Part shown: positions 51,705 through 60,568 of the stretch, piece after piece
How the letters are laid out: every line of letters begins with the position of its first letter
Position numbering within the stretch: the first letter of the stretch is position 1
Source of the DNA: an uncultured Gammaproteobacteria bacterium
GTDB lineage: Bacteria; Patescibacteriota; Microgenomatia; UBA10105; UBA927
DNA length: 64,000 nucleotides
Assembly: GCA_964629685.1 (NCBI GenBank)
Contig: CAZVTT010000001.1
Span: 176,627 to 240,626 of the forward strand
Reading direction: 5' to 3'
Notes under the pieces: generated by a model
The model's database searches: none
Seen by the model: only the letters and a program-made list of their open reading frames with translations
What the model was told of the DNA's origin: nothing
Position numbers and translations under genes: made by a program

Positions 51705-52465
51705 ATACATTTTCGGCAGAAGCAGCAACGGAAAAAATAGTTACATTTTTACGGCAAACGTTTAAGAAAACCGGGATAGAAAACGCTGTAATTGCGTTAT
51801 CCGGCGGAATTGATTCGGCTACCAGTGCGGCGTTGCTGGTGCAGGCTTTGGGCGCGGGGCATGTGTATCCGCTAATGCTTCCCTACGGGCAATTAAATCA
51901 CCAGGGTGTGGTAGATGCCACGGAGGTGGCAGATTCACTCGCTATTCCCGGTTTAAACCGGTCAACGGTTGATATTGAACCGTTGTTAGCATCGTTATTT
52001 GCTGCTAACCCTGACATGACACCACTGCGGAAGGGGAATGCGATGGCCAGAATGCGGATGATCGTGGTTTTCGACTGGGCAAAAAAATTACCCGGTTTAG
52101 TGGTGGGAACCGAAAATAGAAGCGAGCACTTACTTGGCTATTACACGCGTTTTGGCGATGAAGCCAGTGACGTAGAGCCCATCCGAACGTTGTATAAGAC
52201 TCAGGTGTATCAGGTTGCAAAATTTCTTAAATTACCGGAGATGGTGATCACCAAAGCTCCGACCGCCGGTTTATGGGAAGGCCAAACGGATGAAGGGGAA
52301 TTCGGGTTTACGTATGCCGAAGCGGATGAAATATTGAACGCCATTGTTGATCGAAAGCAATCTCCCGATGAAATAAGCAAACGATTTCCAGGCAAAACGG
52401 TAGAAGCTGTTTTGGCACAGGTAAACGCTAATCACTTCAAGCACAATCTTCCGTATTCACTGTAG
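51701..52465 (+). CDS. nadE: NH3-dependent NAD+ synthetase
   Basis: LSGGIDSA, GNAMARMRM, GTENRSE..LGYYTRFGD, LYKTQV, APTAGLWEGQTDE. Confidence 0.95.
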   Translation: MNTFSAEAATEKIVTFLRQTFKKTGIENAVIALSGGIDSATSAALLVQALGAGHVYPLMLPYGQLNHQGVVDATEVADSLAIPGLNRSTVDIEPLLASLFAANPDMTPLRKGNAMARMRMIVVFDWAKKLPGLVVGTENRSEHLLGYYTRFGDEASDVEPIRTLYKTQVYQVAKFLKLPEMVITKAPTAGLWEGQTDEGEFGFTYAEADEILNAIVDRKQSPDEISKRFPGKTVEAVLAQVNANHFKHNLPYSL

Positions 52466-52514
52466 TTTGTTTTGGCTTGCTTTGGCACGTCAGTATAGGT
52501 AAAATAGATGAGCT

Positions 52515-55500
52515 ATGTCAGCCGAAACGATCCGCTACGGTGAAAGTGACGCTACACGCAGGGAATCTCCCTTTGCTGCGTTTGCCCGTGCCCTAAAAGC
52601 TGGTGTACAGCAAATGATTGAGCGGATGCGTCCTCCTGCAGATCCGCGCATGGAAGATCGGAATAAATTCCGCTCCGAGGCTAATGACCGGATTTTTAAA
52701 GATGCGGCTACCGTAGCACAACGCGAGGCCGCCGACGCCCGTGCTCAAAATAAGGATATCTACCAAACTAAAACCGGTTGGCTGGGTGATCAGGTTCGGC
52801 CGGATATTCCGCCTCAAAATAAAAGTCGTCAGGAATTCGTGCAGACTGTCGTAACGGCTTCTTCATCAGAGCAGGAAAGCGCCCATTTTCTGTTGCAGGA
52901 AGGCATGCGGCTAAATGCCCGTACCAAGTGGGAAAATACCGCTACCGGTAACAATCTGAGCGGTGTTGAAAAGAAACAGACGAAAAGAACACTGGAAGAA
53001 ACATACGAGCGGATTCACCGATTACGTCAGGAAATGGGGAAAAAAGGCGAGAAATTTGATATAGAAGATAAACTGGTCCGGGAAGCTTTGGGGTTAGACG
53101 CCAGAACTGCAGTAGAAGGACTTACCCTGCAGGATGATGCCGTAGACTTAGTGCCGGAAGTACAGAACGAATTGCAGTCCTTTCAGGAGGTGGTCGTGGA
53201 TGACTTCGGTGGGTATCCGCCCATGGAAGTCGTTGATGACGAATTGGCGCTGCTGCGGGATATGGCCCGTGATCCCCGTTACAATAACCCCGATGCACAA
53301 GTAGCAATCCGTATTGCCCGCAGGCGTCTGGCACAACTCCGCAATGACGTAGAGGAGCATCAACCCGGAGGTATTGCCTTTCGGGGCCGTCCGGCGGAAT
53401 CAGGAACGACCCGGCCAAATGGACCCGGAGAATATCGCCGCGGCGGCAGAGTAAATCTGTCCAGCGAGCCGCTTTCACCGGAAACGGCAGCCTTTGCGGA
53501 AGAACTGGAAGCGTTGGGGAACGTAGACGGTTCGGAAGCCCAAAAGTGGATATTACGAAATATCGGTCCGGATGCGCCAATTTCTGAAGCCGAAAGAACT
53601 ACCCGCCGGGAACTGTTAAAAATGAAAATTACGGAGAAGGTGCGGTATCAGTTGAGTATTTTGGAAAGTAAAAGCTCTACCTGGCGCGAAGACATGACTA
53701 TGCCTGGTACGGAAGAAGGTACGTTAAACAGGTGGCTAAATTTGGGTACGGCCATACGGGAAGTTAATCCGGAAACGGGTAAACTCAGTAACGATTTCTT
53801 TAAACGCCTGCAATACGAAGTCCGGGGTCGGCATTGGCTGCATGGGGTAAATATCGCTATTGCCACCGGAGCGTCACCTACGGATATTAAGAAATTTTTG
53901 GAACAAATGCAGGACTTTATGGATATGTCTTACCATGAAGGCATTGCCCAAATACCGGGTGTAAACAAAGCGTTTCAGTTGCTTGAACAAAACGGTCGTG
54001 ACCTGGTGCGCAATGAACATAATCCCGAACGGCTTGAAGCCATTAGGGAGGCTATGCTGCAGGGATTGCGGGATGACCCGGATCAGTTATTTAATGCCGA
54101 CGGTACTGCAAACATAGAATTGCACCCGGAAATGGCGGGTCTTACGGATGAACAGGTGTTGGAAGTAGCCCGGCGGATGTTTAAGGAAACCGGTCGTGAC
54201 GCCTGGTATTACCGCGACTGGATTCAAAGTGATGGTGTGATTCAGTATGAACGAGATCCCCATGGCAATATGACTGCAAAAATAAGTGAAGATGCACCTC
54301 TTGCCTGGGACGGATTGCGCATGGCGTATGCCTGGGAGGCCATGTGGACGTTCTTTAACATTGGCGGTACTATGACCGGTGCTGAGGCCAGCGTGAAATT
54401 TGCACCGGTGAATGCAATCGGATTTGGTATAGGTGCTCCGCAACAGCATCATATAGAAGGTGAAAAAATGACTATCGGTAAAGGGGTGGGAGCAGAAGTC
54501 CGTGCAGCATTACATGCACATGGCTTCAGTACGAATATTTGTGACGTGTTTTCCCGCCGGAAAAATATGATTGCGGAAGCGTGGATTACCAGGTATTCTA
54601 CGCACTTAGATGAAATTCAGGGTCTAAGTGAATCGGAACGTGCCGAATTGGAATGGTTGGCACCGTCATGGGAACAGGGTTCTGCGCGGGGACAAAAAGA
54701 ACTGGAACATTCCAAAGATACAGCTACTGCTGAGCGGGCGAAACGTAAAGTATTTAAAGCCGCCATGATTGAACGGTTTACGGACAAAAACGGTTTACCC
54801 ATGTATGACACAAGTATTCATGACGTCGAGGCGGATATAGCCAAGGTTGCAGATGCCGCCACCCGCGCTCGGCTCACGAAAATGCTGGCGAGGGCAAAAG
54901 AAGCTGTGGAAACCAAGCGGAATGGTTCATTGGAAGAAATGGATGGATTTTTTAAAGATTTAAGCAAATTTGATGTCAGTGATATTCCGTTTACCTATAT
55001 CCGCCGTAAACAGGAAAACTTCCGCGGCAACACGCGGGATCATGCGGCCGCCTTGGGTGTGGTAGACGCCGTTACCAAATTTATTGGTGATCCGAATATA
55101 GATGCCTTACAGGCTATCCGGTATCAGTTGGCTATCGGGTATAGCGGGAAAGAAGCCATTCAGGCTAAGATTATTACGCCCGTGTGGTATGGTTTTGAGG
55201 AGGTGCACAAGGTAAATACTCCGCTTGGTAAAGAATACGGAATAATGAAGAGTCTTTTCCCAAGATTCTTTAAGAGTAAGTACGCCCGTATTCACGATGT
55301 AAATTCATTATCCGAACATGATCTGGAACGGCTATTGGATTGGCAGGTGGCTGTCGGAAACATGTCTCATGAACTACGGATTGCCGTTTTGGGTGGCGGA
55401 AATGATTTCCTACATCGGTGGCGTGGTAGACTTAAGTTGTATCTCGGGAAAAATCTAGATCCTATGATTTTCTGGGAAGTTGGTATTCTTTTGTTAATGG

Positions 55501-55571
55501 CAGAACTTCAGAAAATGGAAAAGGAAATGGGCGCCGGTGGCAGCAGTGGCGGTCATGGTCACGGACATTAA
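52515..55571 (+). CDS. Large hypothetical protein with C-terminal hydrophobic patch and Gly/His tail
   Basis: 1018-aa open frame, charged and helical-looking; ends GAGGSSGGHGHGH; no motif recognised. Confidence 0.75.
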   Translation: MSAETIRYGESDATRRESPFAAFARALKAGVQQMIERMRPPADPRMEDRNKFRSEANDRIFKDAATVAQREAADARAQNKDIYQTKTGWLGDQVRPDIPPQNKSRQEFVQTVVTASSSEQESAHFLLQEGMRLNARTKWENTATGNNLSGVEKKQTKRTLEETYERIHRLRQEMGKKGEKFDIEDKLVREALGLDARTAVEGLTLQDDAVDLVPEVQNELQSFQEVVVDDFGGYPPMEVVDDELALLRDMARDPRYNNPDAQVAIRIARRRLAQLRNDVEEHQPGGIAFRGRPAESGTTRPNGPGEYRRGGRVNLSSEPLSPETAAFAEELEALGNVDGSEAQKWILRNIGPDAPISEAERTTRRELLKMKITEKVRYQLSILESKSSTWREDMTMPGTEEGTLNRWLNLGTAIREVNPETGKLSNDFFKRLQYEVRGRHWLHGVNIAIATGASPTDIKKFLEQMQDFMDMSYHEGIAQIPGVNKAFQLLEQNGRDLVRNEHNPERLEAIREAMLQGLRDDPDQLFNADGTANIELHPEMAGLTDEQVLEVARRMFKETGRDAWYYRDWIQSDGVIQYERDPHGNMTAKISEDAPLAWDGLRMAYAWEAMWTFFNIGGTMTGAEASVKFAPVNAIGFGIGAPQQHHIEGEKMTIGKGVGAEVRAALHAHGFSTNICDVFSRRKNMIAEAWITRYSTHLDEIQGLSESERAELEWLAPSWEQGSARGQKELEHSKDTATAERAKRKVFKAAMIERFTDKNGLPMYDTSIHDVEADIAKVADAATRARLTKMLARAKEAVETKRNGSLEEMDGFFKDLSKFDVSDIPFTYIRRKQENFRGNTRDHAAALGVVDAVTKFIGDPNIDALQAIRYQLAIGYSGKEAIQAKIITPVWYGFEEVHKVNTPLGKEYGIMKSLFPRFFKSKYARIHDVNSLSEHDLERLLDWQVAVGNMSHELRIAVLGGGNDFLHRWRGRLKLYLGKNLDPMIFWEVGILLLMAELQKMEKEMGAGGSSGGHGHGH

Positions 55572-55669
55572 ACCTTCTTAACCCTGGAATAGGACCACGC
55601 AAGGATTTTCCGAAAATTATCTGATTACCTTAATGGTGTCCAAAATACTGTGGTGAGTATGGGAAAGAC

Positions 55670-57148
55670 TTAGCGCGGATTTGCAGGTTCTGGTTTCTTA
55701 TCGTGTTCAAGTTGCTTTGATCCCGGTTGATAGAGATGACGCATCTGGCGTCCACGCATATAGTGTTCAATACCCATACGTCCGGCAGTACCCAGAATGC
55801 CGAATGCAGCTCCGGCACCAGCAGCAGCAGGTATCGGGGATTTGGCCTTAAAGCTTTCCCGAATGCCGTTTACTATGCCGGGAGTAGATAGGGTAATGCC
55901 CAATCCAATTAGACCCTTGGCTATTAGCGGTGAAAAAGCGGGGAGAAATGGTGCTACCCACAGGTTTTGCGAAGATGTATCTATGTTCGTGCTTATGGCA
56001 CCACCCAGAGCCAGTAGGGTAATAGTAATCGGGAATACGATAATGTTTGAAAAGAGGTTTTTAATCCAGGACATAAACCCTTCTCCCCCCGGCAATGCAT
56101 CAAGCATTATTTGGATAGGTCCGATGATAACAGCCAGAATTATCTGAATATATGCACCAAGAAGCATAAAAAATATCCGCAGGAAACCAAAGAGCAGTGC
56201 GATGGCAAATATGCCATAGAGTATTGGGTTTGCAAACCCCAACCAGCTATTCGCGTCTACGGCGGCACCAACGAAAAGTCCAATGATTGCTCCAATTAAT
56301 CCCACTACGGGAGTTCCTACTGCCGTTCCTAAAATGCCTAAACCAATTGCCCAATTGCGGGAGGCTTCACCGGAGGAAAATGCCTGCAGCGGGGCAAACG
56401 TGGCGCCAAAGAGCTGAAACAGATCTCCGGTCATATACGTAGTCCGTAACTGTTCAAAATTAAGCCCGTTGATGCCCGCAGACGCGATAACGGATAACGC
56501 CAGCAGCATTAAGAGATAGAGCAAATCAATCATTAATGCGGCAATTGCATAAGAAAACGTAATCAGGATTAAGGTGATTACGATACGGGGTAAAGCATCC
56601 TGTACGGTGACTACGGTTTTCGGGTCAATTTTTCTGCGGAACATAACCATAAAACCGATGATAATTAAAATTAAGGTCATTAGCAGATATGCTACGTTTC
56701 TGAATCCGCGCCAAAGTGTAAGCAGTGGCCTGAGGCCATCAAATCCGGTACTTTGAGCATAAGCCTGTTTGGGGAGAAATCCCAATGATTGGCCAACGTC
56801 TGCAATCCAGACGCCGGTATTGGCAGGTGGATTGGCGTACATTGCCAGCATGCCTGAACCAATTAGGGCAATTGCCCCGTTCTGTTTATATTTCATGTTT
56901 AACTGTACATCGTTGGATCTATGTCCGAATACGAGCGTTCCCACTGTCCAGAACGGCATTTGGAAACCTAAATCCTGCATAGTCTCAAAATTAATTGAAC
57001 CACCCAGGTTACTGCGATCCCAACCGGACAAAATACTCTGTAGGTTTTGGTTATTAATTGAAGCCTGGGCGGAAACGCGGGAAGGTGTGGCAAAAAGTGG
57101 AACCACAAGGATGAGAAACAGGAAAAATCGTATCAGTACAGTCCGCAT
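55670..57148 (-). CDS. VirB6/TrbL-like polytopic T4SS membrane protein
   Basis: Signal peptide; WRGFRNVAY..IIGFMVM, LPRIVI..LITFSYAIAALMIDL; multiple TM; downstream of the pilin array. Confidence 0.65.
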   Translation of the reverse strand: MRTVLIRFFLFLILVVPLFATPSRVSAQASINNQNLQSILSGWDRSNLGGSINFETMQDLGFQMPFWTVGTLVFGHRSNDVQLNMKYKQNGAIALIGSGMLAMYANPPANTGVWIADVGQSLGFLPKQAYAQSTGFDGLRPLLTLWRGFRNVAYLLMTLILIIIGFMVMFRRKIDPKTVVTVQDALPRIVITLILITFSYAIAALMIDLLYLLMLLALSVIASAGINGLNFEQLRTTYMTGDLFQLFGATFAPLQAFSSGEASRNWAIGLGILGTAVGTPVVGLIGAIIGLFVGAAVDANSWLGFANPILYGIFAIALLFGFLRIFFMLLGAYIQIILAVIIGPIQIMLDALPGGEGFMSWIKNLFSNIIVFPITITLLALGGAISTNIDTSSQNLWVAPFLPAFSPLIAKGLIGLGITLSTPGIVNGIRESFKAKSPIPAAAGAGAAFGILGTAGRMGIEHYMRGRQMRHLYQPGSKQLEHDKKPEPANPR

Positions 57149-57206
57149 AAGTATAGTGTAATTATCAAATACTCAGGTGTGAATGTCAATTATACTTCGT
57201 TAAGTC

Positions 57207-57647
57207 TTAAAATTGGGTCGGCTGCATGGGTCCACCTGCACCGGATGTGCCATCTGACGGACCGGGTACTACAAAATCTGTTACTTTGACACCGGTAAAC
57301 ACCTCTATAAGTCGTAAAATAAGATATGAAGCTACTATAAGAATCATCCCGATAATGGCATATTGGATAGTATGTTTTGCACTCTCCAGTTTTTTGGGGT
57401 CTCCGGCAGAAAGTAAAAAAGTAAATCCACCCACTACCAGCATCACAAACATGGCTACACCGGAAAGGGTTAATATGGATACAACAATGTTACGGAAGAG
57501 TGGCTCCAAACACTGTAGCGTGGCCACGTCACCACCGCTTTGGGAATCGAGACAGCTACCCCAGCCACGGGTATACTGATCCGGTGTGCCTGCAAACACC
57601 CGACCGGTAGGGAAGAGGGACATAATAATTACTGCAATTTTCCGCAT
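57207..57647 (-). CDS. VirB2/TrbC-like T4SS pilin
   Basis: Two hydrophobic helices around GGFTFLLSAGDPKKLESAKHTIQYAIIG. Confidence 0.8.
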   Translation of the reverse strand: MRKIAVIIMSLFPTGRVFAGTPDQYTRGWGSCLDSQSGGDVATLQCLEPLFRNIVVSILTLSGVAMFVMLVVGGFTFLLSAGDPKKLESAKHTIQYAIIGMILIVASYLILRLIEVFTGVKVTDFVVPGPSDGTSGAGGPMQPTQF

Positions 57648-57700
57648 AAGTACATCTGGTATTATCTCGTATCAATGCGAATTTGTCCAACTTTAGGGAA

Positions 57701-57735
57701 CCAAAAACCCCCGGCAATTTGCCGGGGGTTAAAAA
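57701..57735 (-). terminator. Rho-independent terminator
   Basis: Inverted repeat AACCCCCGGCAA / TTGCCGGGGGTT (57706-57730) flanked by A-tracts; U-tract follows on the minus strand after pilin 57754..58113. Confidence 0.8.
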
Positions 57736-57753
57736 GTCAAAGTTAAGTAATGA

Positions 57754-58113
57754 TTAAAAATCCGATCCGCTGAACGTCGGTGTCGGTATGTTAAATGAGT
57801 TGTTTCCGACGATGGAAACACCCAGGAATGATTGGGCGAGTAACATAATGGCGTAGGCTGCTCCTACGACTATGAGACCGACAACTGCGTGTGTAATTTT
57901 GTTGCGGGCTGCTTCCATACCGGCTTTGTCGCCGCCTGATGTTATCCATTGGATACCACCGAGTACCAGGTAAACGAAAGCAAGCAAAGCTGCGATGATA
58001 AAAAGTAAACTAATTGCTGAGGTGATCAAGCTGCCAATGTCGGCGATTTTAAAGCCTTTTGGTTGCCCGAGCGATAATGTTTGAGCATAAACTTTCGGTA
58101 CTAATAAATTCAT
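57754..58113 (-). CDS. VirB2/TrbC-like T4SS pilin (candidate major pilin)
   Basis: GGIQWITSGGDKAGMEAARNKITHAVVG; AGGAGG SD 5 nt upstream; own terminator. Confidence 0.85.
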   Translation of the reverse strand: MNLLVPKVYAQTLSLGQPKGFKIADIGSLITSAISLLFIIAALLAFVYLVLGGIQWITSGGDKAGMEAARNKITHAVVGLIVVGAAYAIMLLAQSFLGVSIVGNNSFNIPTPTFSGSDF

Positions 58114-58118
58114 ATGTT

Positions 58119-58184
58119 CCTCCTGGTATTCCTACCCATTATATCATCATTTATATTGTGCTGCAACGCGCTTCGTTTTGTCAA
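58119..58184 (-). promoter_or_regulatory. Internal promoter and strong SD for pilin 57754..58113
   Basis: Minus strand TTGACA(58184-58179)-18 bp-CACAAT; AGGAGG at 58124-58119. Confidence 0.5.
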
Positions 58185-58201
58185 TACAATTAGATTGCGT
58201 A

Positions 58202-58558
58202 TTATTGTCCCATGACCGGAAATGGAATTTGACCGACCTGTATTCCGATAAACTGGCCGGCTAACGTAAACAGTGCCCATGATGCTGCCACAATGACGAT
58301 TCCAATAATAGCGTTAGTAATTCTGTTCCGTGCACTCTCTAATTTAGATTTGTCCCCTTCGCTGGTGAGCCAGGCAATGCCGCCGGTAATCAGGTAAATA
58401 AATAACATCAAAAACGAAATAATTAAGAGAGCACTTGCCAGACTGCTTACTATGCTGCTGGTAAGTTTTGTCCCTGCTTCCGGATCGGCGATAGCGCTTC
58501 CGCCGCCCAAAACAGGAAGAACAGGATTGGTAAGTTGTGCTAATAGTTTTTGTTCCAT
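58202..58558 (-). CDS. VirB2/TrbC-like T4SS pilin
   Basis: Starts MEQKLLAQ at 58558; GGIAWLTSEGDKSKLESARNRITNAIIG. Confidence 0.82.
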   Translation of the reverse strand: MEQKLLAQLTNPVLPVLGGGSAIADPEAGTKLTSSIVSSLASALLIISFLMLFIYLITGGIAWLTSEGDKSKLESARNRITNAIIGIVIVAASWALFTLAGQFIGIQVGQIPFPVMGQ

Positions 58559-58559
58559 A

Positions 58560-58976
58560 TTACGGCAACTGTAGATTCTGGATGAATGTTCCCGGATTGC
58601 GAATAAGCGGATCAAATCCGATAAACTGACCGGCAAGGGCGAGTATTGCCCATCCGGCGGCGACGATAATAAGTCCTATGAATGAATTGGTAATTCGGTT
58701 TTGGGCTTCTTCCAGTTTATGTTTATCACCTTCACTGCCAATCCAGCGGAATCCGGCAACGAGCAGGTGAAACATGAAAAAAATTGCTGCTGCGATAGTC
58801 ATGATACCTATTACCCGGGAAATAATCTGAGTAAGTGAGGTTAACGCAGCAGTGCCGCCGGCTACTCCCGCTCCGGATGTGTTTGCAAAATTACCAAACG
58901 GTCCGAGGCCCGTATCAGTACCTCCACCTATATTTCCACCTAAATCTATCGCGCGTGCCAGTAGGTTTTTTTCCAT
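58560..58976 (-). CDS. VirB2/TrbC-like T4SS pilin
   Basis: AGFRWIGSEGDKHKLEEAQNRITNSFIG; Gly-rich N-terminus. Confidence 0.82.
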   Translation of the reverse strand: MEKNLLARAIDLGGNIGGGTDTGLGPFGNFANTSGAGVAGGTAALTSLTQIISRVIGIMTIAAAIFFMFHLLVAGFRWIGSEGDKHKLEEAQNRITNSFIGLIIVAAGWAILALAGQFIGFDPLIRNPGTFIQNLQLP

Positions 58977-58982
58977 ATAATA

Positions 58983-59360
58983 CTAATTCGGACCGTATAC
59001 CCTGGGTCGTAACATAAATAACGGGTCACCAAATATAAGGTATCCGAATAGTCCGGCTAAGATAAATGAAGCGGCGATAATCACTAAACCCAAAAGTGAC
59101 TGCCATATTTTGTCCCAGGCTTCGCTGAGTTTTTTTGGGTCACCGGCTGACTGCATATAGCCAAATCCTGCGAGAATAAAATTGAAGAATGCAATAATAC
59201 CCGCCACAACAAACATGAGGCGAATAATATTGGTGAAAAATAGCGGTAAACCTTTACCCGCTTCGTTTACATTACCGTAGCTTGAACCCAGAATGGGATT
59301 GGTGATTTCCCCTACGATCGGATTTGCCGCGTAAACCTTATTAATAAATTCAAAATTCAT
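58983..59360 (-). CDS. VirB2/TrbC-like T4SS pilin
   Basis: AGFGYMQSAGDPKKLSEAWDKIWQSLLG. Confidence 0.82.
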   Translation of the reverse strand: MNFEFINKVYAANPIVGEITNPILGSSYGNVNEAGKGLPLFFTNIIRLMFVVAGIIAFFNFILAGFGYMQSAGDPKKLSEAWDKIWQSLLGLVIIAASFILAGLFGYLIFGDPLFMLRPRVYGPN

Positions 59361-59370
59361 AGCAATTCTA

Positions 59371-59685
59371 TTATAACCCAGAATTAAGCAACTTTACTCC
59401 GGTCAGAAATTCTATAATTTGTACGATCCAGAACGAAAAAACGATAACAACGAGTCCCATAATTGCTGCCGTAAGCGTTTTTTTTCCTGACTCCATTTTT
59501 TTGGGATCACCGCCGCCTGCTCCCAGTATAAAGCTCATGCCGCCAAAAACCAAGAAAAAAAAGGCAATCAGGCCGGCCAGAATATACGCATTCGCCAGAA
59601 AAACGCTGACCAGCGAACCAAATGAAGCAAATGTATTTGCCGGTTCAAAAAAATCTTTAATGGCAATAGCGTAAACCTGTGACAT
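59371..59685 (-). CDS. VirB2/TrbC-like T4SS pilin
   Basis: Starts MSQVYA at 59685; GGMSFILGAGGGDPKKMESGKKTLTAAIMG. Confidence 0.8.
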   Translation of the reverse strand: MSQVYAIAIKDFFEPANTFASFGSLVSVFLANAYILAGLIAFFFLVFGGMSFILGAGGGDPKKMESGKKTLTAAIMGLVVIVFSFWIVQIIEFLTGVKLLNSGL

Positions 59686-59773
59686 GATCGTGATAAGTAT
59701 ATCAGAATGCAACCGGTTTTTCCAACGAATGAGTTTGTCACAACGGGCTCCCCATGATATAGTCACAGGTAAC

Positions 59774-60313
59774 ATGGAAGATGCAGAAATGGTGCAGATG
59801 ATTCTGGCAAGAGATAAAAAAGCACTGCAGTGGTTCTATCGGACATATACGCCAAAGCTTCAACAGTTTATCCGAAGTAAAGTTCACTTAACGGAGGACG
59901 GAGAAGAGATCCTTCAGGATACTTTGTTCGGGTTTTTGGAATCACTTCGGGATTTTCATGGGAAATCGAGTATCAAAACGTTTTTATTCTCTATCTGTCA
60001 CAACAAAATAGTCGATTATTACCGGCGCAAGCGTATAAAACACATCGTTTTTTCCCAGATGCCGCAACTGGAAATGCTTATTTCTCCTTTGCTTAACCCG
60101 GAAGAAGAGTACGATGCCGCTGCTTTGCGGGAAAAAATAAATACAGTGCTTAACCGTTTGCTACCCCGGTATAGGGAAATACTGGTATGTAAATATTGGG
60201 AAAACATGCCGGTATCATCAATTGCGGAGCGGATGGCCATTTCTTTTAAAAGTGCCGAGTCACAACTATTTAGAGCCAGAAAAGCGTTTGTCGAAGTTTT
60301 TGCCGTGTTGTAA
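59774..60313 (+). CDS. ECF-family RNA polymerase sigma factor
   Basis: EEILQDTL, SIKTFLFSICHNKIVDYYR (region 2); LLPRYRE..IAERM..SQLFRAR (region 4). Confidence 0.9.
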   Translation: MEDAEMVQMILARDKKALQWFYRTYTPKLQQFIRSKVHLTEDGEEILQDTLFGFLESLRDFHGKSSIKTFLFSICHNKIVDYYRRKRIKHIVFSQMPQLEMLISPLLNPEEEYDAAALREKINTVLNRLLPRYREILVCKYWENMPVSSIAERMAISFKSAESQLFRARKAFVEVFAVL

Positions 60314-60314
60314 T

Positions 60315-60545
60315 ATGACTGATGCGTTATACGAAAAATTTGTACAAAGATGGGAAGAAGTGACTGATCTTCCTCCACAAACCGTGGGACGGTTTACACC
60401 ATGGTACAAAGCGTTTGTAAAACACGTAAAGATAATGCCCTGGCCGGTATTGGTGGTATTTAGCGTAGTCATTGTCGGAGGGCTGTATATTTTGAGCGGT
60501 TCCACAATTACGCTGCTGGTAAATATTCTCCAGCGCGGGTTTTAG
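60315..60545 (+). CDS. Small membrane protein (candidate anti-sigma)
   Basis: 76 aa starting 1 nt after the sigma stop; soluble N-terminus then one TM. Confidence 0.6.
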   Translation: MTDALYEKFVQRWEEVTDLPPQTVGRFTPWYKAFVKHVKIMPWPVLVVFSVVIVGGLYILSGSTITLLVNILQRGF

Positions 60546-60568
60546 TAAAAAATTACGACTACTATTGT

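Noticed and set aside
55630-55818. Alternate-frame ORF ending FGHH at the virB6 3' end (possible frameshifted His tail)
   Set aside because: No slippery site or other support; the main frame ends normally
40294-59685. Integrative conjugative element or integrated plasmid
   Set aside because: No integrase, relaxase, att repeats or tRNA target seen; interleaved with housekeeping genes next to oriC
57207-59685. Type IV (PilA-like) pilins
   Set aside because: No G|FxxxE prepilin motif; the two-helix GD-loop pattern fits VirB2/TrbC
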